Assembly (NCBI GenBank): GCA_965197745.1
Contig: CBDANS010000007.1
Span: 1,696,001-1,760,000 of the forward strand
Reading direction: 5' to 3'
From: Opitutales bacterium
Lineage (GTDB): Bacteria; Verrucomicrobiota; Verrucomicrobiia; Opitutales; PNEW01
Length of the DNA stretch: 64,000 nt
Shown: positions 31,909-40,731 of the stretch, piece after piece
Layout: each line of letters opens with the position of its first letter
How positions within the stretch are numbered: the first letter of the stretch is position 1
The notes under the pieces: model-generated
What the model was told of the DNA's origin: nothing
Databases searched by the model: none
What the model saw: only the letters and a program-made list of their open reading frames with translations
Position numbers and translations under genes: made by a program

Positions 31909-32122
31909 TCGCCTGCCCTTCCCGGTTAAATTTAGATTTATTTTCAGGAAAACAGTCAGTCTGTGCGCTTAGTGGTTCCTCCTCATCAAATATGCTGTAT
32001 GCGCCTTTTTCTAATTCACGAAATTGACCATTTTTTGAGGCCCAATACAAAGCATAGAGAACGGAGGCAAAAAATAATCCTGCGAGGATAAAGCCAATGA
32101 AGATATAAGAATACCAATCCAT
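31898..32122 (-). CDS. ccoS: cbb3 oxidase assembly protein CcoS
   Basis: TM followed by WASKNGQF..LE.GA.SIFD pattern. Confidence 0.85.
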   Translation of the reverse strand: MDWYSYIFIGFILAGLFFASVLYALYWASKNGQFRELEKGAYSIFDEEEPLSAQTDCFPENKSKFNREGQAIAK

Positions 32123-32125
32123 ATT

Positions 32126-32491
32126 TCAATTGGCAGGACCAATCACGGTGGGGGCATAAGCTTTAACCTCAGAAGCTTCCGGTTCCGCGTTGGCATAATC
32201 TTTCACGGTTAATGCCAGAGCCTCCTCCACGGGTATTCGGACAATGTTTTTTGTTTGATTTACCCAACCATAACTACTGATGGCGTTTTGCTGTTTGGAT
32301 TGGACCTCATTTAAAGTAGCTACACGCTGCTCTTCATTGTTTTCACCGATGGCTGGGGGGCGGTTAGGTAAATAGGCAATGAAGACAATAATCAGAAATA
32401 GTGCGATTACTCCGATCCACCCTATAGCTGAAAGCAGTGTTGCGGACTCGGAAATATGTTGGGGCCCCGTTTGTTGATCATTCATACGCAT
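32126..32491 (-). CDS. Small single-TM protein, possible ACIII subunit ActG
   Basis: One TM; YGWVN...VRIPVEEA motif; directly after actF. Confidence 0.65.
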   Translation of the reverse strand: MRMNDQQTGPQHISESATLLSAIGWIGVIALFLIIVFIAYLPNRPPAIGENNEEQRVATLNEVQSKQQNAISSYGWVNQTKNIVRIPVEEALALTVKDYANAEPEASEVKAYAPTVIGPAN

Positions 32492-33764
32492 TAGTGGATT
32501 CGAGAATTCGTGGATCGTGGATGGGTATTGCTTGAGCTTTTTTCATGCTGCGCGCGAAAGACCAGGTACAAATTCCTCCCGCACCCAAGATCATGCTTAC
32601 GTCCCAGATAGAAATGGCAAATTGGCGGATCATGTATCCGGATTCTAATGCTATTTTTCCCGGTAAGATATTCCAATATAAGTCAATTAAGTGAAAAATA
32701 AGAAACCATACAGAGATGAAAACAATGCGCGCGCCATATTTATTTTTATACCAGAGAAGCCATAAAAAGGGGAAAAAGAAATGAAAAAATATTAACCCTA
32801 AGCTGATCCACCACCAGGAGTTTTTACTCCCATCAGCATTTACTTCTCGCAGATTATACCAATAAGTTTCCTCGGGTATATTTGCGTTATAGACAAGAAA
32901 GTACTGCGAAAAACTTATATAAGCCCAGAAAACTGTGAAAGCGAGCATCAGGCAGCCCAAGTAATAATAGTGTGCGTTATTAAGAATGCCTTTCAGGTAT
33001 CCGTGCTTTTGCAGAAGATAACAGATGATAACCGTTGCGGCCAGCGATGACCAGATACAGGCAGAGAAAAACCAGACCCCAAACATCGTTGAAAACCAGT
33101 GATAATCAAGGGATTTAAACCAGTCAATCGAAGCAAAGGTGACGGTAAGAGATGTAATTATAATACCCGCGGCCGCAAATACCCGACAGCGTCTTACATG
33201 TTTAAGATCACCGTCCCTGTCCATGGCATAGGATGAAAAGCGAAAAATTTCTGCTAATCCGATCCAGATGAGAAAGAAGACAATGGTGCGAAGTGAAAAG
33301 AATGTAATATTAAGGTATCCGGATTTAGCTTGATACCGGACGTCACTACCCACCGTCTCACCACTGATCAATATTTTATCGGTATTTACCCAGGCCCAGA
33401 GAATACCAGGATCGTCCTGGTAGAACCAGCAGACGAATAAAAGGGGTAAAAATATCAAAGCCAGCCATTTAAGACTGGATACAGCATGCTCTAACTGGCG
33501 GCGTATTATCACCGACCACCCGGAATCGAACAAATAAAAGAGCATTATGAGAAAGAGCATACCGATGGAGATGGAGAGCCAGAAACTCAGTCCAATTAGC
33601 CATCCAATAAGGGGGCGAGGATCCGCATTGCGAAGCCCGATGAGGAGACCGATAAGAGATATAATGAGTCCGATTGTTCCAATAATCAGGGCTAGGGTGG
33701 ATAAATCTTTTTTCCCGCCGGCAGCAGCAGGTGCACTCGTGGTGGCTGTTACTTCAGAACTCAT
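32478..33764 (-). CDS. actF: Alternative complex III subunit ActF
   Basis: About 10 TMs; DWFKSLDYHWFSTMFG and FWAYISFSQY..Y.ANIPEET motifs. Confidence 0.88.
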   Translation of the reverse strand: MSSEVTATTSAPAAAGGKKDLSTLALIIGTIGLIISLIGLLIGLRNADPRPLIGWLIGLSFWLSISIGMLFLIMLFYLFDSGWSVIIRRQLEHAVSSLKWLALIFLPLLFVCWFYQDDPGILWAWVNTDKILISGETVGSDVRYQAKSGYLNITFFSLRTIVFFLIWIGLAEIFRFSSYAMDRDGDLKHVRRCRVFAAAGIIITSLTVTFASIDWFKSLDYHWFSTMFGVWFFSACIWSSLAATVIICYLLQKHGYLKGILNNAHYYYLGCLMLAFTVFWAYISFSQYFLVYNANIPEETYWYNLREVNADGSKNSWWWISLGLIFFHFFFPFLWLLWYKNKYGARIVFISVWFLIFHLIDLYWNILPGKIALESGYMIRQFAISIWDVSMILGAGGICTWSFARSMKKAQAIPIHDPRILESTNAYE

Positions 33765-34369
33765 AAACCAAGGTCTTGGCGATTACTTTGAGGAACATCT
33801 TCAGGATCAGAATTTTGGGAGCGCTGTAAGGTACGCAGATAGGCGATAATTGCCCAACGATCCTCCATTTTAATTTTTGCCCCATACGGGCCCATCGTAT
33901 TTCTACCGTAAGTGATCGTGTTGAAAATTTCCCCTTCTGGCATTTCACGCAATCGGGCGTTATGATAAGAGGGAGTCGCTATCATTCCGTATTTTTTCGT
34001 TATTCCATTTCCATCTCCGGACAGACCATGGCAAACGCTACAGTATATATTGTATTTTTCCTGACCCCTTTGTAAAAATTCGTAACTGACGGCAAGAGGA
34101 AATCCTTTTCCCCACTGGGTCCCCATTTTCCCGGTGGCAAGGTAGGCGTCTTCAACGAATGAACCGGCAACTACGGTGCCCGATACAGGGGGACGATCAG
34201 CCATGCCATCTTCGAAAAAGGTGTTTTCAGATTGGGGTTTGTATTTTGCCATTCGATCCATGTCGGGAAAAACTTCAAGGGGTGGTTTCAACGATTTGGA
34301 TCCACGAAACCCCATAATTGAAATGGTAGCGACTATGAGAAAAATAAAAATGGCTATAAAATAACGCAT
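33761..34369 (-). CDS. actE: Alternative complex III monoheme cytochrome c ActE
   Basis: DMDRMAKYKPQ, RGQEKYNIYCSVCHG..GDGNG, DRWAIIAYLRTLQ. Confidence 0.88.
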   Translation of the reverse strand: MRYFIAIFIFLIVATISIMGFRGSKSLKPPLEVFPDMDRMAKYKPQSENTFFEDGMADRPPVSGTVVAGSFVEDAYLATGKMGTQWGKGFPLAVSYEFLQRGQEKYNIYCSVCHGLSGDGNGITKKYGMIATPSYHNARLREMPEGEIFNTITYGRNTMGPYGAKIKMEDRWAIIAYLRTLQRSQNSDPEDVPQSNRQDLGL

Positions 34370-34903
34370 CTAATTTTCAACGGGAGATACTTCTTTCCCC
34401 CCTATTTCTTCAAGGAAAGATTTCGTTTTTACCTCATCGTAGAGAGGATCACTTGATTCAATAGCAATCATGAACTTATCGTCAGTGATTTGAGCAAAAC
34501 TGGCATGGTTCATCGCGGGATGGTAGTGTTGAGGAAGTAAATTTGTAATAAACATCCCAAAAAAGGCGCCGAAGGCGGCTAGAAGAATAGTCATTTCATA
34601 AATTACGGGAAAGGGATAAATGGGACTGAAGTAAGGTTTGGCGCCAACGATAAGCGCGTAATCAAAATCGTTCATATACCAAACCATAAGCAGTCCCAGG
34701 AAGAAACCGCTAAAGCCGCCAATAAAAGTAAACAAAGGTACCTTCGAACGCTTCAAGCCCATGGCAGCATCCAGACCATGAATGGGGAAAGGAGTATAGA
34801 CATCCCATTTTTTATAGCCGGCATCGCGCACTTTTTCGGATGCTTTATAAACATCAGAAGTGGTGTTAAATAAGGCGATCAATCCGTGAGGTTTTTCAGG
34901 CAC
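34370..34903 (-). CDS. actD: Alternative complex III subunit ActD (DUF3341)
   Basis: YTPFPIHGLDAAMG; two TMs; P..YEMTIL; GTG start. Confidence 0.88.
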   Translation of the reverse strand: MPEKPHGLIALFNTTSDVYKASEKVRDAGYKKWDVYTPFPIHGLDAAMGLKRSKVPLFTFIGGFSGFFLGLLMVWYMNDFDYALIVGAKPYFSPIYPFPVIYEMTILLAAFGAFFGMFITNLLPQHYHPAMNHASFAQITDDKFMIAIESSDPLYDEVKTKSFLEEIGGKEVSPVEN

Positions 34904-34922
34904 TGTAGATGATTAATGAGAT

Positions 34923-36338
34923 TTAGTGATGATGGGCATGGGGGTCTGCTTGAGGCGTTACCGCTTTGATTTCCGCAAATGCCATTAAAGGGAGGAAGCG
35001 GAGGAATAGAAGGAAAAGAAGTGAGAAAAATCCGAAGGTGCCGATAAAGGTAAAGATATCAACCACCGTCGGGGTAAAGTAATCCCAATTTGCGGGCATG
35101 AACTCGTTAGCCAAAGACGTAACAACAATGACAAAGCGCTCGAACCACATCCCGACATTGACAAACAAAGCGACGACAAAGACCAGGGCAGGGTTTTCAC
35201 GCACTTTTTTAAACCAGAAAAGTTGAGGAGAAATTACATTGCAACTAATCATGATCCAATAGGCCCATGCGTAGGGTCCAAAGGCGCGGTTTACAAAAGC
35301 AAATCCTTCGTAGGGGTTGGCTCCATACCAGGCAATGAAAAACTCAGTCATGTAGGCATAGCCTACCATGCTCCCGGTTGCGAGGGTGATCTTGCATATG
35401 CAATCTATATGATACTGCGTTATGAGATCATGCAGCTTGTAGATTGCTCTTAAAGGCATAACGAGAGTTAAAACCATTCCAAACCCGGAAAATATGGCGC
35501 CCGCGACAAAATAGGGGGGCAATATGGTTGTGTGCCAACCCGGCAAATGAGAGACCGCAAAATCAAAGGATACAATAGTATGCACTGACAGCACCAAAGG
35601 GGTACTCAAGCCAGCCAGTAAAAGGTAAGCCATTTCATAATTGCTCCAATGCCGGTTTGATCCTCGCCAACCAACTGCCAGTAAGCCGTAAAATAGCTGT
35701 CTCCATTTATTTTTAGCACGATCGCGCAAAGTGGCGAGGTCGGGAATCATGCCCATATACCAGAATAATAGAGAAACGGTAAAATAAGTAGAGACGGCAA
35801 AAACGTCCCATTCGAGGGGGCTGCGGAAGTTAGGCCAGATGGCATTGGAATTGGGCAAGGGAAATAACCACCAGGCAAACCATACTCTTCCGACATGAAA
35901 GAGGGGGAAAATCCCCGCACACATTACGGCAAAAATGGTCATTGCTTCTGCTGCTCTATTTATGGAGGTGCGCCATTCCTGTTTAAGGAGGCAAAGAATC
36001 GCCGAAATGAGTGTTCCGGCATGACCGATCCCGATCCAGAAAACAAAATTAACGATAGCCCAACCCCACATTACCGGACCGCGCAAACCCCAGACACCGA
36101 CACCAGTAAGGACGAGGTAGGTTAATCCGATGCCTGTGAAAGAAGCTATAAACCCTGTCAGGCAAAAGCAGATCCACCACCAGAGTGGTGTCTTGCTTTC
36201 GACGATCCCACATACCTTTTCCGTAATCCAGTGATAACTTCGATTGTTTTCAACTAAAGGACGACGGGGGAGATCGGCTGGTTTTACCGCTTCGAGGAGG
36301 GCGGGTTTTGATAAATTAATTTCTTCTACATGAGCCAT
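34923..36338 (-). CDS. actC: Alternative complex III quinol-oxidising subunit ActC (NrfD/PsrC family)
   Basis: [56 protein letters not shown]. Confidence 0.93.
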   Translation of the reverse strand: MAHVEEINLSKPALLEAVKPADLPRRPLVENNRSYHWITEKVCGIVESKTPLWWWICFCLTGFIASFTGIGLTYLVLTGVGVWGLRGPVMWGWAIVNFVFWIGIGHAGTLISAILCLLKQEWRTSINRAAEAMTIFAVMCAGIFPLFHVGRVWFAWWLFPLPNSNAIWPNFRSPLEWDVFAVSTYFTVSLLFWYMGMIPDLATLRDRAKNKWRQLFYGLLAVGWRGSNRHWSNYEMAYLLLAGLSTPLVLSVHTIVSFDFAVSHLPGWHTTILPPYFVAGAIFSGFGMVLTLVMPLRAIYKLHDLITQYHIDCICKITLATGSMVGYAYMTEFFIAWYGANPYEGFAFVNRAFGPYAWAYWIMISCNVISPQLFWFKKVRENPALVFVVALFVNVGMWFERFVIVVTSLANEFMPANWDYFTPTVVDIFTFIGTFGFFSLLFLLFLRFLPLMAFAEIKAVTPQADPHAHHH

Positions 36339-36376
36339 GGGGAAATTATAAAATCAGAATATTATCATTATTAAAA

Positions 36377-39300
36377 TTAGTGATGGGTGGTCTCCTCGTG
36401 ACTTTTTTCAAGACCGTGCCCATACCTGTATTCATATTCCATTCGGCTGAGGGGCATTTCATTATAGTGAGGCATCCGCGGATTAGGATTACGCAAACGA
36501 GCAAGGTAGGTGGTGCGTGGCCGGGTGTTAAGATAGCCCAACACCGAATAATCGCGATCTGAGGTCTTCAAGATCGAGACTTCACTTTCAGGATCACTGA
36601 GGTCGCCAAAAACAATGGAATCCGTGGGGCAAGCTTGCTGGCAGGCAGTTTTGATGGTGCCATCAGGGACCTTGATGTCGTCTGAATCACGTGCCTGTAC
36701 CTTGGCATTTATTTTAGCTTTTTGAATACGCTGCTGACAGTAAGTGCACTTTTCCATGATGCCGCGCATGCGGATTGAGACATCGGGATTTTTTTGCATT
36801 TTCTTTAATTCGGTCATCCCCACGGGTCCTGCCGGTCCCTCATAAAACCGACCCAGTTCCCGTTTATTCCAATCAAAGAAATTAAAACGGCGTACTTTAT
36901 AAGGGCAATTATTTGAGCAGTAGCGAGTCCCGACGCATCGATTATAAGCCATTACATTCAGACCTTCATCATCATGCACCGTGGCATTAACAGGACATAC
37001 TTGCTCGCATGGCGCGGTTTCACAATGCTGGCACATGACAGGTTGTAAAGTGACTTGAGGATCTTCTGGGATCTCATGCTTATGACTGTCAATATCACCG
37101 CTGGAATAATAACGGTCGAGCCGTAACCAATGCATTTCTCGACCCCGTGTAACTTGATCCTTACCGACAATAGGAATATTGTTCTCGCTCTGACAGGCGA
37201 CGATACAAGTGCTACAGGCTGTGCAGGTATTAAGATCAATACTCATTCCCCATTGATGATCGCCTCCAAAGGTTGGGATAATGTATGCAGAAGCTCCCCT
37301 GGGCTGTTTCGCTACTTTTTCCTGAATCGATAGATCCTGATCTTTCCCATAAATCGCTGGTGAATGGGATTCAATGCCCATTTTTTGGGCAAATTGGGGA
37401 TGCTTTTTATAATCTTCGACATTCGCTTCGCGAACCAGCGCCCGTCCCTCCATTGACCAATGCTCTTGAGTATTGGCTAAAAGATATGATTCGTCGGTCA
37501 GGGTTAAACTGGCGCCATTTACATAAGCAGGTTTTTCGCTGTTTACTAAGGGATAGACATTGAATCCTGTTCCTTTGCCCACGCGACCCACTTTTGTGCG
37601 CCCATAACCCAGAGATATTACGACCGAGTAATTGGCAAGCCCCGGTTGGACGTGGAGAGGGCCTCGAACCTTGGTGCCCCCTATGGCTATCTCCCCTATA
37701 AGCGAGACCTCGCGACCCATTTCGAAAGTGGCTGTTTTTTTGGAAGCTATTTGCCGGAATGAGTTTTGTTGGGCTTCAAATCCGATCTCTTTGGCTAAGC
37801 GGGGACTGATGGAAATGGCGTTATCCCAGGTGAGTTTTGTCATTGCATCGGGACATTCCTGTAACCACCCATTATTATTATAGCGGCCATCCCATGTGCT
37901 TGCACTGGGAACGATCCGGACTTCAAGATGATTTTTGCTGGCGAGAGGAGGCCGAAAATGACCTGAAGCTACGGTGAGTTTTATCCGGTTTTGATCTAAG
38001 GTGACAGGCAATGTCGGGTAATCGCTATATTCGAGAACCCCGTCACTTAAAAACCGATTAAAGACCGAATCCTGGTCTGCTCCCTTCGCTATACCTGCAA
38101 TGGTTTCCTTTACTAAAGAATAAGGGTCAGTCTGCTTCATTCCCGCTAAACGTGCCAGTAATTCCAATTCCTGAATCCCTTCAAAAAGCGGTAATATCAT
38201 GGGTTGTACCGGCACTATTACCCCGTTAAACGTTCTCCCATCACCCCATGATTCCAGGTAATGAGTTGCGGCAATATGGCACGTAGCTTCTACCGATGTT
38301 TCATCGAAATAATAGCCATAGCGGACAACTTCTTTTACCGTTTTCTGCAGTTCCTGCCAGTTTATGTCAACTGGAGCGTTATATACAGGATTGCCCCCTA
38401 TGATAATCAAGGTTTCGATACGCCCGTTTTCCAATGCCACACCCAGGTCGCTGATCGAGCTCGAACCGTAATTTGGCAAATCGAGATAATTTACGGTATG
38501 ACCGTTAGCACCCAATAGATCATTGATGAAATATACCAGTTGGTGCACTTCTACTGAATGATGACTGCCGGCAATCACCACCGCTTCACCTTTGTGCTCG
38601 AGCAGGTCTGTGACACATTCCTCAATCCATTTTTCATCAACATCCAAGCCTGAAGCCTTTTTTTGTAATTCTTCTGCGAGGATAGAATTTTTGGCTATAT
38701 TATGAAAAACTTTAGCGGCTATCAGCGTGACAAAAGCCGGAATTTGTCCACTGGGCAGACGTAATCGATGGTCAGCCATCCCACCGGTCAAACTGAAATG
38801 ACTTTCAACCTGGTATAAACGATTCATTTTATCCGCGCTGCTACTGCTTGCTACCCTGCGGGCGGACGCAAAATCCCGGGCGTATCCGAGATGCCCCGGT
38901 TCCTCATTTAAAAAATCAGCGTCGAGGGATAGTATACGCTGGGCTTTTTTAAAATTATACAGAGGACGTAATGGACGGCCAAATAGTCGCCTTGTCGCTA
39001 TTTCGGGATTATCATGATTTACAGGTTCATATTCTGCCCAGAGAGCACGAGGAAAAGACTCCTTAATTTTACCAACTACGCGTTGACGGGTTGGTGAAGT
39101 GGATTGTTCTGCGAGAAATGCAAGTCCTTGTCCTCCCGTGGCCTGGAATTTGTCATGAATTTCCTGGAGCAAATCATAGACGCGCGCCGGCGTTATGGTC
39201 TTTGTCCCCTCGCTGCTTTTTGTCGAGCGATCGGGGTCATAAAGGTCAAGAACACTCGCTTGAGCGAAAATATCAGTGGCTCCTCCATAAGGGATGAATT

Positions 39301-39685
39301 GTGGATTACCTTCGATCTTAGTGGGGCGGTGCTGATGCGTTTCAACCATCAGCGGGATGTTATCTTTCGCCGTGGGTTTAGAAGTGGTATAAAATACAGG
39401 GACCCCGGGCACGGTATTTTCCGGTTGCTGAGAGTAGGGTAAAATATGCTGAACTGGTCGACGGCAACCAGCCATTCCTACACCAGCCATGGCAAAAGAA
39501 GCGGCCATGATTTTTAAGAAATGCCTGCGATTGACACCCTCCAATTCCGAGGCGCCCTGGGGGAATTCCCGTGCTATGAAATCTTTAAAGGCGGGCTTAT
39601 CCGCTAATTCCTCCAGGCTGCGCCAGTAAATGGGCCCGGCAATATCATTGATGCCGGGACCGGAGTGATTCTCTATTGATTTCAT
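36377..39685 (-). CDS. actB: Alternative complex III subunit ActB (Tat-exported molybdopterin-oxidoreductase-like plus Fe-S domains)
   Basis: YWRSLEE; RRHFLK...AGC Tat lipoprotein signal; RPTKIEGNP; C-terminal Fe-S motifs CTACSTC, CQHCETAPC, CVGTRYC, CTYC; ATG 39685 overlaps the actA stop. Confidence 0.93.
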   Translation of the reverse strand: MKSIENHSGPGINDIAGPIYWRSLEELADKPAFKDFIAREFPQGASELEGVNRRHFLKIMAASFAMAGVGMAGCRRPVQHILPYSQQPENTVPGVPVFYTTSKPTAKDNIPLMVETHQHRPTKIEGNPQFIPYGGATDIFAQASVLDLYDPDRSTKSSEGTKTITPARVYDLLQEIHDKFQATGGQGLAFLAEQSTSPTRQRVVGKIKESFPRALWAEYEPVNHDNPEIATRRLFGRPLRPLYNFKKAQRILSLDADFLNEEPGHLGYARDFASARRVASSSSADKMNRLYQVESHFSLTGGMADHRLRLPSGQIPAFVTLIAAKVFHNIAKNSILAEELQKKASGLDVDEKWIEECVTDLLEHKGEAVVIAGSHHSVEVHQLVYFINDLLGANGHTVNYLDLPNYGSSSISDLGVALENGRIETLIIIGGNPVYNAPVDINWQELQKTVKEVVRYGYYFDETSVEATCHIAATHYLESWGDGRTFNGVIVPVQPMILPLFEGIQELELLARLAGMKQTDPYSLVKETIAGIAKGADQDSVFNRFLSDGVLEYSDYPTLPVTLDQNRIKLTVASGHFRPPLASKNHLEVRIVPSASTWDGRYNNNGWLQECPDAMTKLTWDNAISISPRLAKEIGFEAQQNSFRQIASKKTATFEMGREVSLIGEIAIGGTKVRGPLHVQPGLANYSVVISLGYGRTKVGRVGKGTGFNVYPLVNSEKPAYVNGASLTLTDESYLLANTQEHWSMEGRALVREANVEDYKKHPQFAQKMGIESHSPAIYGKDQDLSIQEKVAKQPRGASAYIIPTFGGDHQWGMSIDLNTCTACSTCIVACQSENNIPIVGKDQVTRGREMHWLRLDRYYSSGDIDSHKHEIPEDPQVTLQPVMCQHCETAPCEQVCPVNATVHDDEGLNVMAYNRCVGTRYCSNNCPYKVRRFNFFDWNKRELGRFYEGPAGPVGMTELKKMQKNPDVSIRMRGIMEKCTYCQQRIQKAKINAKVQARDSDDIKVPDGTIKTACQQACPTDSIVFGDLSDPESEVSILKTSDRDYSVLGYLNTRPRTTYLARLRNPNPRMPHYNEMPLSRMEYEYRYGHGLEKSHEETTHH

Positions 39686-40335
39686 CGGTGGCATCCTGAA
39701 CAGCTCTCCGGGGGGTTAACATTCCAATCGTGGACTAATCTTGCCCCCTCTTCCAATTGAGCTTTGGGACTCTCGGGTTTCCAGCTGAGGTCAAATACTT
39801 TATTTAACGGGCGAATAAATTTTTCCGGGGATCGGTGGCAATCCAAACAAAACTTCATGCTGTGGGATTTTGCGTGGTAGACGACCGGCATTTCATTCAC
39901 CTGGCCGTGGCATTCTACGCAACTTATACCTCGATTCACATGGACCGAGTGATTGAAGAATACATAATCAGGAGTTTTATGGATACGCACCCAGGGGACA
40001 GGATTGCCTGTTGCCCAGCTTTCTCGAACCGGCGCCAGAGCAGGACTGTCCCTTTTTATCTGGGTGTGACAATTCATGCAGGTTGTGGCATCAGGAATAT
40101 TTGAATGCTCAGATTGTTCAACAAAGGAGTGGCAATAACGGCAATCGATATCCAATTGCCCTACATGGAGACGATGATCAAACGCAACCGGCTGGGTTGG
40201 CTGGTACCCCACGCGCGTGTATTTTGGGGTAGCATAGTAGGTAATTCCTGAAGTAACCGCAATTGTGAGAAGGGTTAAGGCTATAATTACCTGTTTTGGA
40301 ACTGCATTCGACCATTTTGGAAATATGTTAGCCAT
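39682..40335 (-). CDS. actA: Alternative complex III pentaheme cytochrome c ActA
   Basis: Five CxxCH motifs (CRYCH, CMNCH, CVECH, CLDCH, CSGCH); N-terminal TM; PTQPVAFDH. Confidence 0.93.
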   Translation of the reverse strand: MANIFPKWSNAVPKQVIIALTLLTIAVTSGITYYATPKYTRVGYQPTQPVAFDHRLHVGQLDIDCRYCHSFVEQSEHSNIPDATTCMNCHTQIKRDSPALAPVRESWATGNPVPWVRIHKTPDYVFFNHSVHVNRGISCVECHGQVNEMPVVYHAKSHSMKFCLDCHRSPEKFIRPLNKVFDLSWKPESPKAQLEEGARLVHDWNVNPPESCSGCHR

Positions 40336-40731
40336 CCTGGAAAACTCTTTATATAGGTCGTGCCATTTCCCTTAAGTTACCCCTCGGTTCGCGCTACCGA
40401 TCGGGGGTCCGGCCGGACATTGATTGCCGTTGTTTTCTGAGTCGATTCTTTCAGACCTGGTGAAAGCTTCCCGCGCCCCTTTAACAGGCTTATAATAACT
40501 AAAAACATTCCACTAAGACTTGCGACAAAATGTTTCCTAGGAATTTTACTCATATCTATAATTTCGGTATTAAGCTTTGACTCCGAAGTTCTCCCTAACT
40601 GCTATCACAATGAATTCTATCTGACGCACACGCGTTATTTCTATAGAGAAAATCCTACCCATCCTACAACTTAAATCTTTAATAATTATAAAAATAAAAA
40701 TCTCTTAATATTACATATTAGCAAATCAAAT

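Noticed and set aside
40336..40731. FNR box upstream of the ACIII-cbb3 operon
   Set aside because: No TTGAT-N4-ATCAA match found by eye
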